A stretch of DNA of 64,000 bases, from the NCBI GenBank assembly GCA_030390025.1, contig CM059432.1, positions 33,048,001 to 33,112,000 on the forward strand, read 5' to 3'. The DNA is from Squalus acanthias (lineage: Eukaryota). Shown piece after piece: positions 11,830 through 24,969 of this stretch. Within the stretch, counting starts at the first letter, position 1. Every line of letters begins with the position of its first letter. The notes beneath the pieces were generated by a model. The model had not been told where the DNA came from, did no database searches, and worked only from the letters and a program-made list of their open reading frames with translations. Made by a program: the position numbers and the translations under genes.

Positions 11830-13970
11830 TACGTGAATCTGGCATTGATTAGGCTATCACGGGTCGCACTGGGTCAGCCGCCACCTCCAGATCTTCCTCT
11901 TGCTGAACCTCCTCCTCTGAAGAGGCTGTGCGCCTGCTTCCTCCTGCAGCGCTAATCCTCGCTGCAGTGCGATGTTGTGCAGGGCGCCGCAGACAAGGAC
12001 GATTCTGGAGACCCTGGCTGGTGTGTACTGAAGGGCTGCACCAGATCTGTCAAGGCATCTGGAGTGCATTTTGAGCAACCCTATTATTTGCTCTGAGACT
12101 TCTGGTGGAAATATGGCTTTGATTGTAACGCTCCTCAGACTCATTTGATGGCCTCCTCAATGGTGTGATTAGCCATTTCTTCAGGGGATAGCCCTTGTCT
12201 CCAAGGAGCCAGCCGGAAAGTTCGTTTGGCGGTGCGACCAGCTGAGCGACAGTGGACTGGCGCAGGATGCAAGAGTCATGGCAGCTGCCAGGGAATCTCG
12301 CGCACACATGTATGATGCTCTTCCTATGGTTGCCGACCAGCTGCACGTTAAGGGAATGGAAGCCCTTGTGGTTTACAAATGCTGCTGGGTTCTGATGGGG
12401 TGCCCCGATGGCCACGTGTGCAGTCGATGCCACCCTGCACCCGTGGGAAGCCAGCAAGAGCGGCAAAGCGCCCGCTTGGTAACATTGGCTTCATCAGTGG
12501 AAAAGTGGATGTAATTTGCGGACTTGTCAAAGAGGGCATCGGTGACCTGCGTGATGCATCTGTGGGCGGCCGCCTGGGAGATGCTGCTCATGTCTGTGGG
12601 CGGCCGCCTGGGAGATGCTGCTCATGTCTGTTGCTGGAAGGAACCTGATGCAAAGAAGTTGAGGGCGGTGGTGACTTTGACAGCCACTGGTAAAGCATGT
12701 CCACCCACTCTTCTTGGCTGCAGGTCTTGATCGAACATTGCAAATGTCTGTGACTACCTGTTGCGAAAGTCTCTGACTCCTTTGGCACTGCTGCTCATGA
12801 GGAAGCTCATCTGTAAGGGGTTTTCTCTGATACTGGTCCCCCGTTACACACAGTTCTTGGACGTCAGGATTTATAAGAACAAAATACACACGGCACAGGG
12901 TTTTGGCTCAACCTTTGATTCATTCGTTTATTGAACACAACACAATTACCTCCCCAGTATAAATCCCTATGATTTATATTAGACTAACAACCCCAAAATA
13001 CAAACCCCTACGCAAGGGTCATTTGTATCGACACAATATGACGGTTAAACCCATCCGCAATTTGACTGTTACCCAGACTCAATCACAAAACCCTTATTGT
13101 GATCTGACAAACTTACAAACTTACTCAGACTCAATCACAAAAGCCCCCTCTATGATTTGACTGAAACATACAATCACCACTCCAGATGGGCTGTCTCCTG
13201 GAGTTGATTATAGGCCCGAATCCTTCTGCTTGCTGTTCTTGCGTTAGCTTCCGATGCCGACACTCTTCGAAGTGCCTTTTCTTTAAACTAAACCAAACCA
13301 ACTTGCAGTATCTTGAAACACATATCCTGGCCCCTCCTGTGCACACGATGGCCATATCAAATGTGTGAATGTCTCTCGCAGTGAACTCTTGATGGCTAAT
13401 TGTCTCTCGTATTGTCCATTGATTACTTGGGCTCTGACTGTCTGTATTGAGGTCCTTTCTGACAATGCAACCTTCCCAAGGTGACTGCATATGCTAATTG
13501 TTGATTTCTGTTAGCATTCGAGTTCAAATGGTTCAGGGCCCGGCCCATTGTCTAGGCCTTGCACTGATACCAGCTTTCTGGAGCCATGGTCCAAGGTGAA
13601 CAATGTAACCCCTTAAGGTAAATGAGCGTAACTGTTCCTTTTCAGAAGCATTTGCATTTTAGATTGTCTGTGAAAATTGATATTCAGTCGCTTGATGGTT
13701 CATGGCTTCGGCTGCAATGTTTGAATTAACCCTTTATTGCCAAGCCCTTTTTGCGGATTGTGCAGTTCTGGGTTTTTATATTTCATAGTCCTTTTTTTAC
13801 CGTTGGAGGGGGGTGAGGAACGGATCCTGCACATCCTCTGCCTGTAAACCCTGTTCTCCTGTGGCCCTGTGCAGCATAAAGTGGTTGAGGAGAAGGTTGG
13901 CGCTGCTGCTGGTGTGCCTGGTTCTGCTGCTGCTGTGGATGATCATCTTCTGATTCTGAGGACTAGGGTT
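11830..13970 (-). pseudogene. Harbinger transposase, family C, degenerate and split by a solo LTR
   Basis: Fragments [45 protein letters not shown] across ORFs 11857-12788; N-terminal RVYRQRM resumes at 13832; internal 34-bp tandem duplication at about 12561-12628. Confidence 0.85.
12812..13831 (-). mobile_element. Solo LTR of a second family (1020 bp)
   Basis: TGTAAGGGG...CCTGCA termini; 4-bp TSD CATC at 12808-12811 and 13832-13835; cleanly splits the Harbinger transposase; minus-strand AATAAA near 12927. Confidence 0.85.
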
Positions 13971-14002
13971 AGTGTGTGTAAATCGTTCCTATTCTGCTGT
14001 AA

Positions 14003-16295
14003 TAAGAACATAAGAAATAGGAGCAGGAGTCGGCCATTTGGCCCTTCGAGCCTGCTCCGCCATTCAATAAGATCATGGCTGATCTTCTACCTCATCTCCA
14101 CTATCCCCATATCCCTTGATTCCCTTAATATTCAAAAATCTATCAATCTCTATCTTGAATATACTCAACGACTGACCCTCCACAGCCCTCTGATTCACCA
14201 CCCTCCGTGAAGAAATGTCTCCTCCTCTCAGTCCTAAATGGCTGACCCCTTATTCTGAGAATGTGACCCCTGGTTCTAGACTCCCCAGCCAGGAGGAACA
14301 TCCTCCTTGCATCTACCCTGTCAAGCCCTGTATATTAAAAAAAAACATTAGTATGTTTCAATGAGATCACCTCTCATTCTTCTAAACTCTAGCGAATATA
14401 GGCCTAGTCTACTCAATCTGTCCTCATAGGACAATCACCCCATCCCAGGAATCAGTCTGGTGAACCTTCATTGCACTCCCTCTATGGCAAGTATATCCTT
14501 CCTTCGGTAAGGAGACCCAAACTGTATACAATACTCTAGGTGTGGTCTCACCAGGGCCCTATATAATTGCAGTAAGACGTCTTTACTCTTATACTCAAAT
14601 CCTCTTGGTAATAAAGACCAACATACCATTTGCTTTCCTAATTGCTTGCTGTACCTGCATGTTAACTTTCAGTGATTCATGTACGAGGACACCCAGGTCC
14701 CTCTGAACATTTCCCAGCTCACCATTTAAAAAATACTCTGCTTTTCTATTTTTCCTACCAAAGTGGATAACTTCACATTTCTCCACATTATGGGCCGAAA
14801 ATTGATCCCGGGACGCGAGAGTACGCACTGCATACTCTCGCGTATTCCCACTCCAATTGCCGGTTTTCTGCATGCCCTGCGCATGCGCTGAAAACCGGCA
14901 ATTGCTCTTCCGAAAAGGGGGCGGGGCCGGAGTGCATCGCGTGCGCGCTACAGGCTGCGCACACGCTGTGCACTTCATGCTTTGGACGCGCAGGTAAGTA
15001 CTGAAGATTTTGGAAATGTAAAAAGGAGGAGTAAGACCCGCTTTTAAGAAGGTAAGTAGTGAATTAAGTATTTTTTTGAATTTTTTTTTACAGGTATATC
15101 TTTTTTATAGACTTTAAAGACAGGTAAGTTTATTTTTATAACTTTTTAAAAGATTTTAAATTTTTTCAAAAATTTAATTTTTTATTTAAAATGGTTAATT
15201 TAATTAACTATACTTATTTTATTAATGTGATGGTTTTTTTTAAAAATTTAATTGAGGTTTAGCTGTTATTTTGGGGGGGTGCAAGATTCATAAGTCTCTC
15301 AGCCATGCTGTGAGACTTATGAATGGAAGATGGTGTGCTGCCATTGGCTCTAACTGAGTCACGTGATCCCACAGCTCGCACGAATTAACTACGCCGCTGG
15401 GATACGCAAGCCCAGCACAGCAGCTGTCCAGAACATCAATTTCGTGCGAGCTGGATCAGAAAAAGCATATATTTCATTTGCCATGGTCTTGCCCACTCAC
15501 TTAGCCCGTCTATATCCCCTTGAAGCCTCTTTGCATCCTCCTCACAATTTACATTCCCACCCAGCTTTGTATCATCAGCAAACTTGGATATATTACATTT
15601 GGTCCCCTCATCCAAATCATTGGTGTAGATTGTGAATAGCTGAGGTCCAAGCACTGATCCTTGCGGTACCCCACTAGTTACAGCCTGCCAACCCGAAAAT
15701 GACCCGTTTATTCCTACTCTCTGTTTTCTGTCCGTTAATCAATCCTCAATCCATGCTCGTATATTACCCCCAATCCCATGAGCCCTAATTTTGTTTAATA
15801 ACCTCTCGTGTGGCACCTTATCGAATGCCTTCTGAAAATCCAAATACACCACATCCACTGGCTCCCCCTTATCTATTCTGCTAGTTACAACCTCAATGCG
15901 AACAGATTTGTCAAACACGACTTCCCTTTCATAAATCCGTGTTGACTGCCCAATCCGCCTATTGTTTTTTACGTGCCCTGTTACCACATCCTTTAATAAT
16001 AGATTCTAGCATTTTCTCTACTACTGATATCAGGCTAACTGGTCTGTAGTTCCCCGTTTTCTCTCTTCCCTCCTTTCTTAAATAGTGGGGTTACATTTGC
16101 TACCTTCCAATCTGCGGGAACCATTCTTAAATCTATGGAATTTTGAATAATGACAACCAATGCATCCACTATCTCTACAGCCAACTCTTTCAAAACCCTA
16201 GGATGTAGGCCATCAGGTCCAGGGGATTTATTGGCGTTCAGTCCCATTAATTTCTCCAGTACTACTTTTTTATTAATGCTAATTTCTTTCAGTTC
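14003..16295 (-). mobile_element. 5'-truncated CR1 LINE (RT to 3' tail)
   Basis: AAGAACATAAGAAATAGG tail; ORF fragments [44 protein letters not shown]. Confidence 0.9.
14792..15467. mobile_element. Non-autonomous DNA-transposon-like insertion within the CR1
   Basis: Interrupts the CR1 at CCACATTAT|ATTTCATTTGCC; begins GGGCCGAAAATTG (Harbinger-like end); GC-rich palindromic subterminus and AT-rich core; no matching right TIR seen. Confidence 0.5.
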
Positions 16296-16301
16296 ATCTC
16301 T

Positions 16302-16712
16302 TTTATTTGTTTATGGTATGTAGGCGTCGCTCGCAAGGCCTGCATTTATTGCTCATCCCTAATTGCCCTTGAGAAGGTGGTGGTGAGCCGCCGCCTTGAA
16401 CCTCTGCAGTCCGTGTGGTGAAGGTACTCCCACATTGCTGTTTTGGTAGGGAGTTCCAGAATCTTGACCCAGTGATGATGAAGGATCGGCAATATACTTC
16501 TAAGTCAGGATGGTGTGTGACTTGGAGGGGAATGTGGAGGTGATGATGTTCCCATGCGCCTGCTGCCCTTGTCCTTCTAGGTTGAAGAGGTCGTGGGTTT
16601 GGGAGATGCTGCCTGAAGAAGCCTTGGCGAGTTGCTGCAGTGTATGCTGGTGGTGGAGGAAATGAATGTTTAAGGTGGATGGGGTGCCAATCAAGCGGGC
16701 TGCTTTGTCGTG
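16302..16712 (-). mobile_element. 3' end of a CR1/L2-clade LINE of a different family
   Basis: RTRAAGAWEHHHL..THHPDLE..SFIITGSRFWNSLP C-terminal motif followed by an A-rich tail on the minus strand. Confidence 0.7.
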
Positions 16713-16960
16713 GATGATGACGCGGTGCCTCTGGGTCCATCCAGAAAAACAGCGGAACTTCAGCAACAAGTGCAGGAGTCTCTGACAGGTTTTGCATCCA
16801 TGGTAACTGCGAGTGTGCAGAGAATGGAGGAGTCCATCTCAAACATCAGCACTGCCATGGTGGAGGCAATGACGCTTGAACGTACTGCCATGGAGAGGGT
16901 GGCAACCTCCATGGAGGAGATAACTCGCCAGACTCAACAGAGCATGGTGACTCTTCTAAA
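16713..16960 (+). pseudogene. Fragment of a family-B-like Harbinger Myb gene last exon
   Basis: PLGPSRKTAELQQQVQESLTGFAS..ERMEESISNIS is homologous to ORF 19367..20251. Confidence 0.75.
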
Positions 16961-16962
16961 TA

Positions 16963-19180
16963 CAGTAAACTCTTTCTTATCTGGCACCTATGGGACCAGG
17001 ATGGTGCCGGTTGATGAAAAATTCTCGATTAACAGAGGTATACCTGCCAAGGCAATTTTTAACACAAACAAAAATAAAAAATCAAGAAATGTACTGTATA
17101 ATTGGGTACTCACCTACAGAATGTTCCGTTAAATGTATGGTAGAAGATGCTTGATGAAGTACAGTACTGCCAGTTGAGGGTAATCCATTACAGTACTGTA
17201 CTTTACTGTAGATAACACTAATACTGTAACACTTCACCAAAACAAAAGTGCACTTAAACTTGCAAATACAGTAATGTAAACTTAAATTACTCTTAAATTA
17301 CTTGACACTAAAACTAAACTTATAAACTACTGTAGTTCACTGTATATTTATTCCAAGTCAGCTAGTTCATTAGGAATATGACCCATGCCAGCTAGGTGAT
17401 CAGGATCATGCACTTCCACCTCAACAGATTCATCAGGCACTTCCACTGCTTCAACTCTTTTGGAAGCTTGCTTAAACATGTCCCGGATGTCTGCTTGCTT
17501 AGTGGACTCTTGCCTTTTTTGTAGAAAGGTGGAATGAAAATATGGAGGTGCATAACTTCTTGGGCAGAGTAGCAAGGCTGCCTTTCAGCAAATTGGAGGG
17601 TTAAATCAAATCCATCTGCAGCTTTAGCCCAAGAAATCTTCTCTTCATAAATCGCATCCTCTTCACTTTCCATCTCACTTTCCTTTTCTTTCTTTGGATT
17701 CAAAACAGTCTCAATTATTTCATCACCATGCACAACGCCAACTTCTCTATCTGCATCAACCCACTGCTCAATATCACTTTCACCTGAGGTGATGTAGAGG
17801 GTTTGCTGGGCCTGCATTTTTCACCATGCCAGCCATTTCCATTATTGAACTCTTCTTGGGATGAACATTAAACCCATCAAATTCCTCATCTGAAGAACCA
17901 CCTTCGGCAAACATTACAGAAGGCCACAATTTGCACCAGGCTTGCCTCAGAGTGTGACCTTTCACCAAGTTCCACGAACATGCAACATTAAAGATGGCAT
18001 CTTTAAGATTGTATTCCTTCTGAAATGCTTGAATTTTGTCATCTTGGTTTATCAGTTTACGTAGGAAGTCTTTCTTGTAATGAATCTTGAGATTTTGGAT
18101 AATGCCCTAGTCCATGGATTGTATGAAAGAAGTTACATTTGCTGGCAAATAAATGGTGAAAATATTTCCCGAAACCAACTTGGATTCATGCAGATGGGCT
18201 CTACAATTATCAAGCAATAAAATGCATTTGCTATCTTCAGGTTTCCCTATTTTATGGAAATGTTCCTTCACAGATGGAACAAAAATATGATGGAACCAAT
18301 ACAAAAATATTTCCTTATCCATCCAAGCATTTTTTTGAGCTTTGTACTCAACAGGTAAGTGCCTCACATTGTTAAATGCACGGGGATTTTTATACTTCCC
18401 AATAACGAGAAGTTTAACCCGGTGTGATCCAGCAGCGTCGCACATGTTAGCACGGTTACACGATCTTTATTTTTCTTGTAACCTGAAGCACTAGCCCCAG
18501 CAAGTGTTGATTCTGGCAAAAACCTCCAAAATAAGCTAGTATCATCGGCATTGTATATCTGTTCTGGTGACAAATCCGATTGAAATAATCACTGTATTCT
18601 TCGGCGGCGGCGTGATCAGCTGATTTCTTCTCCCTGGAAATATCGAGTCGTCGTATCCCGTGTCGTAACTTGAAGCACATTAGCCATCCCTCGGAGAAAG
18701 CACACTTGTCAGTGAGCTCCATCTTTGCGTAGTAATCCTTAGCTTTCTCGATTTAGCATGGGTCCAGAAATCGGAACACCCTCTGAACGCTTAAGAGAAA
18801 ACCATTCATAAAGCACGGTATCCAGCTCTTCAAGCTTAGGCTTACGAAGTGTACGCCGTTTCTCTACACGCTTAGATGTCTCCGAGCTTGAATAAAACTT
18901 GAGCAGCTTATCCTTCTGCGATTTGATGCCGTAGGTTGTTGACGAACCGATTTTTAATTAATTCATAAGGTTCATACGATTCTCTCTCCTTTCTAGTCTT
19001 TGGCATATCTCGATTTTCTGTTTGTTTTAAAGTTAACACCACTTTCTTCCTTTTTTGCTTGGACCAACTTTTTGGAATTACACAATGTAAACAAACAGAA
19101 AAATGGCGGATCTGAAGAGACTACAGGCAGCGCCAAGATGCTGAGTAGTGGCGGTTTGGAAAACTACCCCCACGGACAAG
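16963..19180 (-). mobile_element. Tigger/pogo DNA transposon, frameshifted transposase, only one TIR visible
   Basis: TA followed by CAGTAAACTCTTTCTTATCTGGCA at 16963; CENP-B-type HTH ([15 protein letters not shown]) and DDD motifs [25 protein letters not shown]. Confidence 0.85.
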
Positions 19181-19184
19181 AACC

Positions 19185-21495
19185 TCCGGATTCCTATCAC
19201 TCTGACCACCATACTGACAATTGCAAGTCGCTCTAAGCCCTCAATGTGGAAGTCCCATTTGCAAAATGACAGGCCACAACTTCAACAATTTGCCATCAGA
19301 ATTTTTTATCACAACAAGCAACTGGTGGCATTTGAAAAATTAACACCCAAGTGACTACCCTTGTGACTACTTGTGCGTTATCTTCCTCTTACGCGTGCTC
19401 CTACGTGGTGCTTCCCCTGTGGCTTCAGCAGATGCAGAGGCCCCTTGCTCACTTTCTTGCTGCTCCTGTCTTGACAGCTTTGGCGGCCGTCCTCTGGGGT
19501 TGCAAACCTGTGAGGGCTCGGCAACAGTCTGCTGCTCCTGCGGCTGTGCAGGGGATGAGATGCCCATCTCAGTTGGGTGAGGACTCTGGTGGGGCTCTGA
19601 CCGAGGGCTTTGCAGTGGCATGGTTGTTTGAGCGCTTGGAGAGGAGCCCCCACTTCCTTGTTGTCTACCACCAACATCCCTCTCATGGGTCAGCCCCACT
19701 TCAGAGCTAGCAAGTGGCTTGACAGCACCTTGCTGCACTGCAGGGGGGCCATGAGGACCCATTTCTGCACTGGAAGTCCTACTCCAGAGGACTTCCATGA
19801 AGGTCTGGTTTCTATGCTCAGTAGCTGACCATCGCTCCTCAAGAGATGCCAGTCTGTTCTGAACAATGACCATGTTTTCTACACTCTGGCGACTAAGCTC
19901 CTGCATGGCTGTAGCCATCCTCTCCACGGAGGTTGCCATCCTTTCCATGGTGATGCGTTCATGCGCCAAGGACTCCACAAAGGCTCTGCTCATTTTCGCA
20001 ATGGACTCCTCCATTCGCTCCACATTCGCAGCGACCCTGGAGACAAAACCTGCCAGGGACTCCTGCACCTGTTCCTGGAGTTCCAGCACCGCTCTTGTTC
20101 TGGATGGACCCAGAGGCACAGGGTCGACATGAAACTGAGCCCTCCGACGAGGACTCTGCATTGTTGTCCCTGTCTCCACCATCTGCTGATGCTCACTTGT
20201 GAGCTGTGATACACCAGGTGCCAACACTACTCTATCTCGGGAAGGTCCCACCGAGGTGCGAGTGTCTGCGCTGGTGCTGGGTGCGCTGAATTCTGCTGAG
20301 GCTGCGCCCTGAGGTTGCAGCTTCCTCTGAGGAGTCTGGAAGCTCAGGCTCTTCCTCCTGGACAGTGGGGACAGGGGCTGTCAATGGTCCTGTGGGAGAG
20401 TAAAGGAAAGAGTTAGAGATGTGAGGTCAAGGTTATATGCATATTGAATAGTGCAGATGATCATAAGTCAATCTGTTATCAGTGACTCATGCAATGTCAA
20501 TGAGAGAGATGCCAAACTATTCTGTCACCAGCTTGCTGCGATGCACCCATCTGTCCGTCCCCCCTTGGGAATCCTCTTCCCAGGCGGTGAGCTGGGCTGC
20601 TGAGGGTGGCCCTCCTCCTGTCATGGCTCTTTCCCTCTTATTGTGGGCTCTCTTTTCCTGTAATGAGGGACACAAGTGGAGTTTGAGTGAGAATGAAGGA
20701 GTGAGTGTAGATAATCCATAGCATAGAGATGCTTAGAAGGATACAAAGGACCATCCCTGTGTGTTGAAAGTTGTTGTCATGGCATCACTGATAGGGAGTG
20801 TGAGGGCTGCATGGTCAAATAGTTAAGTGAATGTGACCTTCGAGAGAGAGGGAATGGGTAAGGGTGCAGGGATGTAAGTATCAAGTGGCATGTGGAGGAA
20901 GAGGTTGGCAAAGCAGAGTGCTGGTGAGGAGAGGCGATGGGGATCAGATTGAGGGTGATGGGAAAGTCATACTCACTTTTCCTGTGCGGAGAAGATCATG
21001 AAACCTCTTCCTGCATTGCAGCCAGGTTCTGCGGCTCAGCGAAATGGAGTTGACCTCCTCGGCCACTTGCAGCCCCACAGCTTTTGTCTGCTGGGGTGGC
21101 TTTTTTCTCCCTGAGGAAGGGAACAGCACCTCCTTATTACATCTGGCTCTGTGCTCCAGAGCTTGGAGGGATGGCTCATCAAACCGAGAGCACACTTTTT
21201 TGCTTGATCGTGGACAGTCGGGAAATCAACACCTTCATACAATTTGCAGAGCCTTTGCAGTCTCCAGAGGAAGCAAGGCTGCTTGCAGGTCTTAAATCCA
21301 GCAGCATTGATGACGTCATCAGAGGCGACTTTCTGTATGAAAAGACTCATTGGGCCAGGGGTTCCCACACGCAGGAAATCAATTGCCCAATTAGGGGAAA
21401 ATCCCACTTTTTCAGCACTTCACTTAGGAGTCGGGGTCCTGACACAATTTCCACCTGACACGCCCCAGCCCGCCCACACTGACAAAATCCAGCCC
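19185..21495 (-). mobile_element. Harbinger family B, right half (Myb-like gene and TIR)
   Basis: TIR AAAATCCAGCCC ends 21495; Myb exon RFDEPSLQAL..RRTWLQCRKRFHDLLR (20944-21195); last exon ORF 19367..20251; transposase half missing. Confidence 0.85.
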
Positions 21496-21839
21496 CAAGA
21501 GTCTAGGGATGAGGGTGGGATCACTCCCGGCTGTCATTTAGGCCAACAACGTTCATCCTGTCCAGACCTGTGGCACTTCCTTCATCACGTCCAGCGTGCT
21601 GTTTACTTCTTTCACCCTTGGGAAGGGAGTACCCATCATCACCCACTCGTGTGCATTAAGAGCTAGCTTGTCCTACTCGGACAAAGATAGGGACACCAGT
21701 GTGTCCAACAGTTGAAAACCTCAGCTAGATCTAAAAGAACTTCAAGCTGTTTCCCTTTGTCTGTTGTGCCTTTAGCAAGATTGCTAGGTTTTCATTGCAA
21801 CCCGCTGTTGCTGTGATGAACCCTTTGGAATTTTTTTGA

Positions 21840-22788
21840 TATACTCGGCAATGAACAGTTTTAAGCAAATACAGAGCCAGGAAAAGGGGGGCAGAGAAAG
21901 AACAAAAGTGATGGAGTGGAGGGCAGGATTGATTAAATGACAAAAGGGATGATGATGGTGCAAATCAAAAGGAGCTAATAATGGGACAAACATGTGAACA
22001 AAAGATGGGTCCAGAGGAGGTTGTAAGTGGTTACAGAATATCCGAGTCAATGGGAGCTGTGATTAAGATCTAAAGTTGCTAAACTCAATCTTCCAGAAGG
22101 CTGTGAAGTGCCAGATAAGGTGATAGTCTTTGAGCTTGCATTGAGCTTCACTGGAACAGTAAGGGGTCAGAGTGGGATGGCGAATTAAGGTGGCAAGCGA
22201 CGGGAAGCGCAGGGTTACACTTGCGGATTGAACGGAGGTGTTCAGAGAAGCAATCACCCAATCTGCGTTTGGTCTCCGCAGTTCATTGTGAGCAGCAAAT
22301 ATAGTATACTGAGCTGGAAGAATTACAAGCAAATAGCTGTTTAACCCAGAAGAAGTGTTTGGGGTCCTGGATGATGAGAAAGGAGGAAGTGAAAGGGCAG
22401 TTGTTCTCTTGTGCTTGCATAGGAAGGTGCTGGGGAAAGATGAGCAGGTGTTGGGATGATGGAAGACTGGACCAGGGTGTAGCTGAGCGAACAGTCCCTT
22501 CAGAATGTTGAAGGGGGCGGGCAGGGGAAGATGTGCTGGGTTCACGTTCAAGATCATCCTCTGCCATCTCCAGTGAGATGCCACCACCAGAGTGTGTCTG
22601 ATAAAGGGGACCCTTATCGTGGTTCTGGGAGTGAAAGGAGTAAGGGTGGAAGTGTGGGAAAGGGACTGACACAGTTGAGGGCCTGGTAAACTATGGTGGA
22701 GGGGAATCCTTGGCTGAAGAAACTAAGAAATTTTGGAAGAACTCGTGTTGGAATAGATGTAACAGAGGTAGAGAAACTGGAGAATGGA
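21840..22788 (-). mobile_element. Degenerate Penelope-like element fragment (GIY-YIG end)
   Basis: Frameshifted CNSSSSVYYICCSQ..ETKRRLGDCFSEHLRS resembles the PLE GIY-YIG endonuclease. Confidence 0.65.
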
Positions 22789-22789
22789 G

Positions 22790-23172
22790 TCATAGAATCA
22801 TAGAAATTTACAGCACAGAAGGAGGCCATTCAGCCCATCTTGTCCGTGCCGGCTGACAAAGCTATCCATGCTAATCCCACTTTCCAGCACTTGGTCCATA
22901 GCCTTGTAGGTTATGGCACTTCAAGTGCATAACAAAGTACTTTTTAAATGTGATGAGGGTCTCTGCCTCTACCACCCTTTCAGACAGTGAGTTCCAAACC
23001 CCCACCACCCTCCTGGGTGAAAAAATTTCTCCTCGAATCCCCTCCAAACCTCCGACCAATTACTTCAAATCTATGCCCCCTGGTTACGGACTCCTCTGCT
23101 AAGGGAAATAGGTCCTTCCTATCCACTCTATCGATGCCCCTCATAATTTTATACACCTCAATTAGGTCTCCT
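22790..23172 (-). mobile_element. CR1 3' fragment
   Basis: (ATAGAATC)n tail; VVGVWNSL..VVEAETLITFKKY..GYGPSAGKWD. Confidence 0.85.
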
Positions 23173-23176
23173 TAAT

Positions 23177-23565
23177 TGGTGAACCACACCTGGAGTACTG
23201 TGCACAGTTCTGGTCTCCTTATCTAAGGAAGGATATACTTGCCTTGGAGGCGGTGCAACAAAGGTTCACTGGATTAATTCCTGGGATGAGAGGGCTGTCC
23301 TATGATGAGAGATTGTGTCGAATGGGCCTATACTCTCTGGCGTTTAGCAGAATGAGAGGTGATCTCATTGAAACATTTAAGATTCTGAGGGGGATTGACA
23401 GGCTAGATGCTGAGAGGTTGTTTCCTCTGGCTGGAGTGTCCAGAACTAGGGGGCATCGTCTCAATCTCAGGATAAGGGGTCGGCCATTTAAGATGAGATG
23501 AGGAATTTCTTCACTCAGAGGGCTGTGAATCTTTGGAATTCTCTGCCCCAGAGGGCTGTGGATAC
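23177..23565 (+). mobile_element. CR1 ORF2 3' fragment, plus strand
   Basis: PHLEYCAQFWSPYLRKDI..EAVQQRFTGLIPGMRGLSYDERL..RGDLIETFKI. Confidence 0.85.
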
Positions 23566-24969
23566 TGAGGCCACGATCTTTATAGAGGAGGCGGGTTGAG
23601 GGCGGGCCCGCTGCTCGGCAGCTTTCGGACCCGCTCCCGGATGCCGCCGGCCCGCAGTTCTGATTTTTGCTTGATTGGCCTGGTTACAGCCGACGTGCGG
23701 GTCCCTCCAGGCAACTGCTTGGAGCATGTCAGTTTCTCGCATCTGATGACGCGTTGTTTGAATAAAAATTTAAACGGGCCATGTCCCCTTAAAAAATGTA
23801 AATGGAATGGTTTGGTGTTCTATTATCTAGAAAGGGGAGTTGACGGCGGCTGATCTGAACAAAATTTATTGAATGCAATTGCTGGTCATATTCCAGAAAG
23901 ACATTTCTGATTTTTTTTATCTTTCAATTTACTGTAGTATGTGACTAATAGTCATAGGGCTGGATTTTCATAGGGCCGTTGAGGTGGGATTGGAGGCGTG
24001 TGGGGGTGTTAAAATTGCAGAAACTGGCGGGCTGGGCCCAATCCCGCCTCCACGTAATTTTGATGAAATCGCGTCTACTGGTCCCGTCTCCGTCCCACCT
24101 CCAAGAGGTGGGAGAGGCCATTAATGCCCTTAACAAGCCCTGAATTGGCTTGTAATGCCATTTTTACAGTATTTTGCGAGTTTAACCCTTTTCCCACGTG
24201 AAGCACACCTGATCTGAAACCTGGCGGGAGCACAAGTGGATTGCTAACTATCAGCTGCAGCTCAACCATTAAATAGGAGATTTGATCAGCCATCATTTGC
24301 AGGTGGCAGGACTTTGTTGTCACAGGTCTGGGGGAACTTTTAGAAGGCATAACCACAGCTCTGGAAGTTTGGAGCCTGACACCCATCTCCAGTGTGACCT
24401 CCTGGGAAACCCCTCCCGCCACCCTCATTGAGCGCTTCCTCAACTGAGGCATATACCAGAGGCATGGGAGCCATTTATTTCCTTTCCCTCCTGGGCATCA
24501 GATGAGGACGAACACCAGCCGCGGCACCAGCAGAACCATGAACAACAGCAACAGCAGGAGCGTCAAGCTGCTGCTCACCCGCATGAAGCTGCACAGGCCA
24601 GAAGGGGCCAGCGCATGGAAGGCCGTCGGCGCAGGAGATACCCCCCAAACAGGGTCTACAGACAGAGGGTCAGCTACCTCAACATGTCTGAGTAGCAGTG
24701 CCAAAGGCGACTCCGACTTTCGCGAGAGGTAGTGGGTGACATCTGCGCAATGCTGCAACAAGACCTGGAGCCCAGAGGACCAGGTGGACACCCCTGACCA
24801 GTGGCCGTCAAAGTCACTACCGCACTCAACTTTTTTGCCTCAGGCTCATTCCAGGGATCAGCAGCAGACATCAGCGGCATCTCCCAGGCGGCCGCACACA
24901 CCTGCATCACGCAGGTAACCGATGCCCTCTTTGCCATCGCGCACAATCACATCCATTTCACCAAGGATC

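Noticed and set aside
22790..23565. Head-to-head CR1 pieces as a twin-priming inversion
   Set aside because: Both pieces cover the same ORF2 3' region and differ in sequence, so two separate insertions are more likely.
23568..23850. GC-rich segment resembling a MITE or Harbinger end
   Set aside because: No partner TIR or TSD could be identified, so it was not called.
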